DNA of 45,193 nucleotides from Hydrogenovibrio sp. UBA650. Lineage in GTDB: Bacteria; Pseudomonadota; Gammaproteobacteria; Thiomicrospirales; Thiomicrospiraceae. The translations under genes were made by a program, and so were the position numbers. The DNA lies in assembly GCA_002299245.1 (NCBI GenBank), contig DBOI01000113.1:1283-46475 (forward strand), in the 5' to 3' direction. Under the pieces are notes generated by a model. That model did no database searches. It was given only the letters and a program-made list of their open reading frames with translations, and was not told the origin of the DNA. Positions 37,318 to 45,193 of the stretch are shown here, piece after piece (within the stretch, counting starts at the first letter, position 1; each line of letters opens with the position of its first letter).

Positions 37318-37692
37318 ATGAGCAATATCAAATACAGTGCAGAGCATGAGTGGATTCAGGACAATGGTGATGGTACGGTTTTGATCGGAATCACTGATTT
37401 TGCCCAACAACAGTTAGGTGATCTGGTGTTTGTTGAGTTGCCTGAAGTAGGTGATGAAATTACCAAAGGTGAAGAGATCTCGGTTATTGAATCTGTAAAA
37501 GCGGCTAGTGATCTGTATGCCCCTGTTGATGGTACAGTGATTGAGGTTAATGAAGCCCTGGAAGATGAGCCTGAGTTAATTAATGAAGATGCTATGGCAA
37601 ACTGGATTCTAAAAGTTGAGCTTGCAGATACATCTGATCTGGATGATCTGATGGACGAAGCTGCTTATCAAGAGTTAACAGAAGAAGAGTAA
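37318..37692 (+). CDS. gcvH: Glycine cleavage system H protein
   Basis: [15 protein letters not shown], lipoyl-Lys motif ESVKAASD. Confidence 0.98.
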   Translation: MSNIKYSAEHEWIQDNGDGTVLIGITDFAQQQLGDLVFVELPEVGDEITKGEEISVIESVKAASDLYAPVDGTVIEVNEALEDEPELINEDAMANWILKVELADTSDLDDLMDEAAYQELTEEE

Positions 37693-37712
37693 ACCTAAAA
37701 CTAATTCTACAG

Positions 37713-37750
37713 GCCAGTTCGGCAATTGCCGAACTGGCTTTTGTTTTTTT
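37713..37750 (+). terminator. Perfect 26-bp palindrome plus T-tract between gcvH and gcvP
   Basis: GCCAGTTCGGCAATTGCCGAACTGGC followed by TTTTGTTTTTTT. Confidence 0.7.
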
Positions 37751-37763
37751 ACGGAGAAGTTAT

Positions 37764-40685
37764 ATGTCAGTTTCTGTGCAAAACGTCACGCTCAATCAGC
37801 TAAAAAACTGTTCATTGGATGAACTACAAAATGCTGAACAATTTGTTAACCGACACTTGGGACCATGTGATTCTGAGCAGCAAGCGATGCTTGAAACTTT
37901 GGGTTTGAGTTCAGTTGCCGAACTGATTGATAAGGTAGTGCCTGAATCGATTCGTCGCCAGGATGAGATGGATATTTCTACAGGCCTGTCAGAACATGAC
38001 TCTCTGCAAAAACTTAAACAGATAGCTGCAAAAAACAAAGTTCTAAAATCGTTTATTGGTATGGGGTATTACAACACTCTGACACCGCCAACAATTCAGC
38101 GAAACATTCTGGAAAACCCAGCTTGGTATACCGCTTATACCCCTTATCAAGCTGAAATTTCTCAGGGACGTTTGGAAGCCATGCTTAACTTCCAAACCAT
38201 GGTTTCAGATTTAACAGGCCTTGAATTGGCAAATGCCTCGATGTTGGATGAAGCGACTGCTTGTGCCGAAGCTATGACCCTTTGTCAGCGAATGAGCAAG
38301 TCCAAAGGCAAGGTGTTCTTTGTTGCCGATGACTGTCACCCGCAGAACATTGAGGTGATACAAACTCGTGCGGAACCACTCGGTATTGAAGTCGTGGTAG
38401 GCAATCCGGCAGATGGTTTTGATGGTTATGATTTGTTTGGAGTATTGTTGCAGTATCCTGGAACTTACGGTGATATTGTTGATTTCTCTGACCTGATCGA
38501 ACAGGCCCATGCCAAGAAGGCACTGGTGGCGATGTCGGCTGATCTGTTGGCGCTAACGCTTTTGAAAACTCCAGCCGAAATGGGCGCGGATGTGGTAGTG
38601 GGGAATACCCAGCGTTTTGGTGTGCCGCTCGGTTATGGCGGTCCACACGCAGCCTATATGGCAACTCGTGATAAGTTTAAACGCTCTATGCCCGGTCGTC
38701 TGATTGGGGTCTCTTTAGACAGCCGTGGTGAAAAAGCTTATCGCCTGGCACTGCAAACCCGTGAACAGCATATTCGCCGCGAGAAAGCGACGAGTAATAT
38801 CTGTACTGCTCAAGCGTTACTGGCGGTTATGGCGAGTATGTATGCGGTCTATCACGGAGCTGAAGGCCTGACTAAAATTGCCTATCGCACCCATAGATAC
38901 ACTCAGTTATTTGCGACAGGCCTCAGACAATTAGGATTTGAAGTGCCGAGCCAGGTTTACTTTGACACGATCAAGGTCTCGGTTTCTGGTAAGGCAGAAA
39001 ACATTTCTTTGAATGCCGTCGATGCTGGTTATAACTTGCGTTTGGTAGATGAGAATACACTGACTGTTGCGTTTGATGAAACCACAACTCAACAGGATAT
39101 TGAGAAGCTTTGGCAGGTCTTTGCTGGAGACAAAGCGGATTCCGTCTCAGTCAGTACGGTTGCCGCCGAAGAGATTATTCCTGAATCCTTGTTAAGAAGC
39201 TCTGAATTCTTAACTCATCCGGTATTCCATGAACACCGCTCAGAAACTGAGATGATGCGCTATATGCGTTATCTGGCCGATAAAGATTTGGCTCTGGATA
39301 GAGCGATGATTCCGCTTGGTTCCTGCACTATGAAACTCAATGCCACTGCCGAGCTTATGCCGGTTTCCTGGCCAGAATTTGCAGGCCTGCACCCATTTGT
39401 ACCGCTCAATCAAGCAAAGGGTTATCAGCAGATGTGCACCGAACTTGAGCAGATGCTCTGTGAAGCCACCGGCTATGACGCGATTTCTCTACAGCCTAAC
39501 TCCGGTGCCCAAGGTGAATATGCAGGCCTGCTGGCTATTCGTGCCTATCATCAGAGTCGTGGCGAGAGTAACCGTAATATCTGTTTAATTCCAGCATCGG
39601 CTCATGGAACCAACCCGGCCTCGGCGCAAATGGTAGGCATGGATGTGGTGGTGGTTAAGACCACTGCGGAAGGTGAAATTGATATTGATGACCTGACAGC
39701 GAAGTTAGAAAAGCACTCTGCAAATGTTTCAGCAATTATGATCACTTATCCGTCAACTCACGGAGTATTTGAAGAGAGTGTGCGTACAGTCTGTGACCTG
39801 GTGCACCAGCACGGTGGTCAAGTCTATATCGACGGTGCCAATATGAACGCTATGGTTGGTGTCTCTGCACCGGGACATTTTGGTGGTGATGTTTCTCATT
39901 TGAATTTACATAAGACGTTTGCAATTCCACATGGTGGTGGAGGCCCGGGCGTTGGCCCAATTGGAGTTGGTAAACATTTGGCTCCATTTCTACCGGGTTA
40001 TGCGGTAGTTGAAACCGATAGTGAACCGCAAACAGTGGGTGCAGTCTCAGCAGCGCCTTGGGGGAGTGCTGGTGTCCTACCTATCAGTTGGAGCTATATT
40101 AGAATGATGGGGCGTCAAGGCCTGATTCAAGCAACTGAAACCGCAATTCTGAATGCCAACTATGTCGCAAGTCGTTTGGCGCCTCACTATCCCATTTTGT
40201 ATAGTGACGCCAATGGCCGCGTGGCGCACGAATGTATTATCGATGTGCGGCCAATTAAAGAGGAGTCGGGGATTAGCGTTGATGATATTGCCAAGCGTCT
40301 GATTGATTACGGTTTTCATGCACCGACCATGTCATTTCCGGTGGCCGGAACCTTAATGATTGAACCGACCGAGTCAGAGTCTAAATACGAATTGGATCGT
40401 TTCTGTGATGCGATGATTTCGATTAAAGACGAGATTAACAAGGTGGCAAGCGGTGAGCTTAACGAGGACGATAATCCATTGAAGAATGCTCCGCATACTG
40501 CTGATACGGTTATGGCAGATGATTGGCAACACAGTTACTCTCGTGAGTTGGCGGCCTATCCATTGGCTAGCTTACGCGACAATAAATACTGGTGTCCGGT
40601 AGGACGCGTCGATAATGTCTACGGTGATAGAAACTTGATTTGTTCATGTCCTCCATTGAGTGACTATGAAGAGTCTGCAGAGTAG
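37764..40685 (+). CDS. gcvP: Glycine dehydrogenase (decarboxylating) P protein, single-chain
   Basis: [38 protein letters not shown]-Lys SHLNLHKTF, ends CSCPP. Confidence 0.98.
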   Translation: MSVSVQNVTLNQLKNCSLDELQNAEQFVNRHLGPCDSEQQAMLETLGLSSVAELIDKVVPESIRRQDEMDISTGLSEHDSLQKLKQIAAKNKVLKSFIGMGYYNTLTPPTIQRNILENPAWYTAYTPYQAEISQGRLEAMLNFQTMVSDLTGLELANASMLDEATACAEAMTLCQRMSKSKGKVFFVADDCHPQNIEVIQTRAEPLGIEVVVGNPADGFDGYDLFGVLLQYPGTYGDIVDFSDLIEQAHAKKALVAMSADLLALTLLKTPAEMGADVVVGNTQRFGVPLGYGGPHAAYMATRDKFKRSMPGRLIGVSLDSRGEKAYRLALQTREQHIRREKATSNICTAQALLAVMASMYAVYHGAEGLTKIAYRTHRYTQLFATGLRQLGFEVPSQVYFDTIKVSVSGKAENISLNAVDAGYNLRLVDENTLTVAFDETTTQQDIEKLWQVFAGDKADSVSVSTVAAEEIIPESLLRSSEFLTHPVFHEHRSETEMMRYMRYLADKDLALDRAMIPLGSCTMKLNATAELMPVSWPEFAGLHPFVPLNQAKGYQQMCTELEQMLCEATGYDAISLQPNSGAQGEYAGLLAIRAYHQSRGESNRNICLIPASAHGTNPASAQMVGMDVVVVKTTAEGEIDIDDLTAKLEKHSANVSAIMITYPSTHGVFEESVRTVCDLVHQHGGQVYIDGANMNAMVGVSAPGHFGGDVSHLNLHKTFAIPHGGGGPGVGPIGVGKHLAPFLPGYAVVETDSEPQTVGAVSAAPWGSAGVLPISWSYIRMMGRQGLIQATETAILNANYVASRLAPHYPILYSDANGRVAHECIIDVRPIKEESGISVDDIAKRLIDYGFHAPTMSFPVAGTLMIEPTESESKYELDRFCDAMISIKDEINKVASGELNEDDNPLKNAPHTADTVMADDWQHSYSRELAAYPLASLRDNKYWCPVGRVDNVYGDRNLICSCPPLSDYEESAE

Positions 40686-40704
40686 AAGGCGAGGGAGAAC
40701 AACT

Positions 40705-41241
40705 ATGAAACAATCGATTGTAATCAGTGTATTGGGTAATGACTCTCCAGGCCTTGTTGAGTCGCTTTCAAAGATTATTGTTGCCCATCAGGGTTGCTGG
40801 GTAGAGAGTCGAATGGCGAGTTTGGCCGGTAAGTTTGCGGGTATTTTGCGTGTAGATATTCCTGAACAGCAGGTTGAGGCTTTCCAAGAAGCACTGTCGA
40901 CTGCAGATGATTTGGGCTTAAGTGTCATTTTTGAAAGGTCTCAGGTAATTTCACAAGCGAATTTACAGGCCTCTGAAAACCAATTCCATATTGAGCTAGT
41001 CGGACAGGATCAACCGGGCATTATCCATCGTATCTCAACTGAGTTGGCGAAAATCAATGCCAGTGTTGATGAATTGCACACAGAAGTAACTGAAGCCTCT
41101 ATGTCTGGTGAGAACTTGTTTAAAGCTGATATGACAATTCATATTGCCAGTGATGTCAGTTCGGCAGAGATTCAAGATGTACTCGAAGATTTAGCTAATG
41201 AGTTAATTGTTGATATTGATCTTGTTGATGGTACTGATTAA
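40705..41241 (+). CDS. gcvR: Tandem-ACT-domain protein, GcvR-like
   Basis: Two ACT repeats (ISVLGNDSPGLV; ELVGQDQPGII); GGGAG SD before ATG 40705; follows gcvP. Confidence 0.8.
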   Translation: MKQSIVISVLGNDSPGLVESLSKIIVAHQGCWVESRMASLAGKFAGILRVDIPEQQVEAFQEALSTADDLGLSVIFERSQVISQANLQASENQFHIELVGQDQPGIIHRISTELAKINASVDELHTEVTEASMSGENLFKADMTIHIASDVSSAEIQDVLEDLANELIVDIDLVDGTD

Positions 41242-41316
41242 CTATTAACCGAATTGGCTTTGATTTGAGTTAAAATACTGCCCTTCAATTATTTAAACCA
41301 CTTGATTATTTAGTAG

Positions 41317-42621
<1,305 letters not shown>

Positions 42622-42642
42622 AAAAGTTTAACCTGCATCTAA

Positions 42643-42674
42643 TAAAAAGGCATTCAATTTTGAGTGCCTTTTTA
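42643..42674 (+). terminator. Intrinsic (possibly bidirectional) terminator after serS
   Basis: TAAAAAGGCATTCAA-TT-TTGAGTGCCTTTTTA. Confidence 0.8.
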
Positions 42675-42766
42675 ATTTTTGAAGTCAAAAAAACTGGCTC
42701 TTAAATCGACAATTCGATTATTCTCAATCCTTTCAGGCTCAAGAAGTTCTATTCTTTTCCAGAGCC

Positions 42767-42794
42767 CAAGCTCTAAACCACAAGCTCTAAACCA
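42767..42794. repeat. Perfect 14-bp tandem duplication
   Basis: CAAGCTCTAAACCA x2. Confidence 0.9.
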
Positions 42795-43063
42795 TGAATG
42801 TCACCATCTCTTTTAATCACTCTATGGCGATGCAATATTTGGAGCCGGGTTGTTGGCTATTACTCGCAGCCTGAATATACTTTTGTATTGGGCCTATTAG
42901 TGATCGCTTTATGGGTAGTGAACTTAGCAACAGGATCTTGTTTTAGCAGGCTATAGCAGCGTTAATTGAATGAAAGAGATGGGTTTGAAATAGGTGTAAT
43001 AGCCCTGCAATTTCATTCAAAAGATTATTACTAAGATTTTACAAAAAAACTACAGTAAATTTG

Positions 43064-43097
43064 TTGCAAAAAATCATCAGGCCTCTATAATACGCCC
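43064..43097 (+). promoter_or_regulatory. sigma70 stable-RNA promoter of tRNA-Ser
   Basis: TTGCAA-16 bp-TATAAT followed by GC-rich discriminator ACGCCC. Confidence 0.8.
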
Positions 43098-43107
43098 ATC
43101 AAACAAA

Positions 43108-43198
43108 GGTGGACTGGCTGAGTGGTTGAAGGCGGCGGTCTTGAAAACCGTTGTAGGTTTGTAGCCTACCTGGGGTTCGAATCCCTAGTCCACCGCCA
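43108..43198 (+). tRNA. tRNA-Ser (anticodon TGA)
   Basis: Acceptor GGTGGAC/GTCCACC plus GCCA, anticodon loop CT-TGA-AA in stem GCGGT/ACCGT, long variable arm GTAGGTT/GCCTAC, GGTTCGAATCC T-arm. Confidence 0.97.
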
Positions 43199-43210
43199 TA
43201 TTCTAAAATG

Positions 43211-43234
43211 ACCCGCTATTATGTGGGTTTTTTT
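43211..43234 (+). terminator. Terminator after tRNA-Ser
   Basis: ACCCGC-TATTAT-GTGGGT followed by a T-run. Confidence 0.75.
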
Positions 43235-43450
43235 ATGCCCTCAAGAACGTAAAATCAATAGCTTAGCTGTATTATGCAGTCCAAGACGGTATTATTTGTA
43301 TTAGGGGAGTCAATAACGGCTAACACTAAAAAATCACCCTATGAATAAAAAACGGGTATTTACGATTGAGAATATCCAGCTGTAAGCCGGCATGTTGAGA
43401 CTTATAGATTAAATCTAACTTAGTTTTTTAGCAGATATTTTCGATGTATA

Positions 43451-44623
43451 TCATTTTGCCCTGTAACTATAGGGAGGTGGCTCTTTAGATAGCTCTGTGA
43501 GTTCGCCAAGTGATTTATCAATATCTTTGAGTTTTAATCTAATATTAGTCTGCTCAGCTTGAATCGCCTTTAGTTGGCTCGAATAATTTTTACTCATGCT
43601 GTTTTTACTCAAGCTGGTGATACTTTTTTCCAGTCTTTCAATCGTCTTGCCTTGTTTACGAACCAACCAACTCATGTCATTGAGCTTTTTAAGCTCTTGC
43701 TCGTTTAGGCCTGAACCCGCAGGGCTTGCTTTGATTCTTTTGTTGACTTCTTTTAGTTGAATCTGAAGGTCAGCAATAAGGGATTTTATTTGTTCTAATT
43801 CATGATTGGTTGCAGAGTTTTGTTTGAGCCAATTAATTGGTTCAAGAATATCATCAATTTGTTGAGAACTGGCCATAGGTTTAGGCGACTCTGTTTTATC
43901 TTCAACAGCAATTTCAGCAGTTTTTTCTGTTTCCATAGCTTGACTATTTGTTTCAGACATTGTGTTTTCGCTGATATTAGACTTTTCTTGAGCGTCCTTA
44001 TGTTCTTTACTAAGGTCGGGTATTAAGTTTGAATCCTCTGGATTGCTAATAGCCTTTGTTGGCATTGGTGTTGGTAACGTATAAGCTGAAACTGAAAGGT
44101 TTTCTACAACAGAAGCCAGTTCGTCAATTTTCAATGTCAGGCTTTTTTTAAACAGTGCATTTTCTGTCGCAATTAAATCCATTGTTTGGCCCTGGTAATC
44201 AGCCAGTTTTTTATTCATCGAATAGTATAGATACCCGATTGTTGCGGCTGCCAGTAAGCTGAAAATAACAGAAGTTACCAACATGACTTTAAAGCTGGAT
44301 TTTACTGCCTGAAATTCCTTGGAGGCATTACGAACACTCTGGCGCCAGTTGAAATTAGATTCATTTAGTTCAAGCACTTCTGCCTTTAAAGCGTCACTTT
44401 GTTTGATCGCTGACTCTGCGGCTTTTTGACTTAAGACGGCCGCTTCCTGAGCGGTTTTAGCGGTTTCTAAAGCGATCAGCTGAGTTTCAGAGGCTGCCAC
44501 AGTTTTTGCCTTATCGAGTTCATGAGTTTTATTTTTTGCCTTTTCAGCGGTGGTTTCAAGCTCTTGGGTTGCTTGTTCCAGTTCCTCTACTTCACTGAGA
44601 AGGTCATCAACGATTTCACTCAT
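43451..44623 (-). CDS. Hypothetical single-pass membrane coiled-coil protein
   Basis: 390-aa ORF; N-terminal A/E/K helix, one TM (VMLVTSVIFSLLAAATIGYLYY), disordered linker, C-terminal heptads, ends PPPYSYRAK. Confidence 0.85.
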   Translation of the reverse strand: MSEIVDDLLSEVEELEQATQELETTAEKAKNKTHELDKAKTVAASETQLIALETAKTAQEAAVLSQKAAESAIKQSDALKAEVLELNESNFNWRQSVRNASKEFQAVKSSFKVMLVTSVIFSLLAAATIGYLYYSMNKKLADYQGQTMDLIATENALFKKSLTLKIDELASVVENLSVSAYTLPTPMPTKAISNPEDSNLIPDLSKEHKDAQEKSNISENTMSETNSQAMETEKTAEIAVEDKTESPKPMASSQQIDDILEPINWLKQNSATNHELEQIKSLIADLQIQLKEVNKRIKASPAGSGLNEQELKKLNDMSWLVRKQGKTIERLEKSITSLSKNSMSKNYSSQLKAIQAEQTNIRLKLKDIDKSLGELTELSKEPPPYSYRAK

Positions 44624-44644
44624 ATCTTTAACTCACTAGCTTAT

Positions 44645-45193
44645 TTACGACTTTATTCCAGCAATACGCTTTTTCAGGCTTACATTAACGCTTTTCAAAT
44701 GTGAATTCTTATCCTTAATGGCCTGTAATTTTTGGTCGACTTCTTCTGAAGTAATCGATTCTGCACTATCTGTATCAATGCTGTAACCTGCATTTTTGGC
44801 AGCTTCAAATGCGCGTTCAGCTGCGGCAAATGTAGCTTCAATCGCTTGCTGGGTTTTTTCAGCGGAAGCCTGTGCCTGTTCACTGGTAGCAATGGCAAGC
44901 TGAGTTGCCTGTTGTGCCGTTTCTTTGACTTCGGATGCAATTTCCTGAATTGATTGATCTATTTCAATTGCTTCTTCCATTGCAGAAATTGATTCATTGG
45001 ATTGAGAAATAAATTCTGGCGTTTCGGTTGAGTCTTGATTGACAGCAGGCGAAATGTTGTCAGTTGCTGGTTCTTGAATAGTAGTCTCTTCTTCAATAAC
45101 TTCTACTAGTTCATCAATGATTGGTTCATCAGCAGATAATTCAACGTCATCTGCAGCAATAGAGTCAACTTCAAGCGAGTCTATGTCTGAATC
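44645..45193 (-). CDS. Hypothetical acidic protein with C-terminal coiled coil (5' end outside window)
   Basis: The frame stays open from 44980 to the window end (DSDIDSLEVDSIAADDVELSADEPIIDELVEVIEEE...), so the track's 111-aa ORF is only the C-terminal part. Confidence 0.8.
   Translation of the reverse strand, partial: DSDIDSLEVDSIAADDVELSADEPIIDELVEVIEEETTIQEPATDNISPAVNQDSTETPEFISQSNESISAMEEAIEIDQSIQEIASEVKETAQQATQLAIATSEQAQASAEKTQQAIEATFAAAERAFEAAKNAGYSIDTDSAESITSEEVDQKLQAIKDKNSHLKSVNVSLKKRIAGIKS

Noticed and set aside
43108-43198. Selenocysteine or suppressor tRNA
   Set aside because: Anticodon TGA reads the UCA serine codon (tRNA-Sec has TCA), and the acceptor stem is the standard 7 bp.

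Overview
45 kb of a low-GC (roughly 42%, by eye) gammaproteobacterial chromosome. Gene content and style suggest a Thiomicrorhabdus/Hydrogenovibrio-like organism, but this cannot be proven from the window. (1) 1-21640: polar flagellar export/switch and chemotaxis cluster fliH'IJK-mcp-motAB-fliLMNOPQR-flhBAFG-fliA-cheYZ-cheA-cheW. (2) 21742-28137: a FlhB-C-like/FliK-like gene pair interleaved with pieces of a second, F7/che2-like chemosensory system (cheW-cheY-STAS and cheR-cheB-mcpA-like). That system has no CheA, CheD or Aer2 in this window. (3) 28194-43198: small genes, a candidate sRNA, an FKBP PPIase, trxB, ftsK-lolA-rarA-crcB, an inserted gcvT-H-P-R block carrying an ERIC-like palindrome, serS and tRNA-Ser(TGA). 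(4) Two unknown coiled-coil proteins at the right edge. Four good sigma54 -24/-12 motifs precede fliK, cheA, cheW2 and the mcpA-like gene. The most interesting signals are an apparent F6-kinase/F7-adaptation hybrid chemotaxis locus, a triple acidic amphipathic repeat in the CheA linker, a sensor-less MCP upstream of motAB, and a roughly 95-nt candidate sRNA with an anti-SD motif. All family assignments come from motif recognition; no database search was run.
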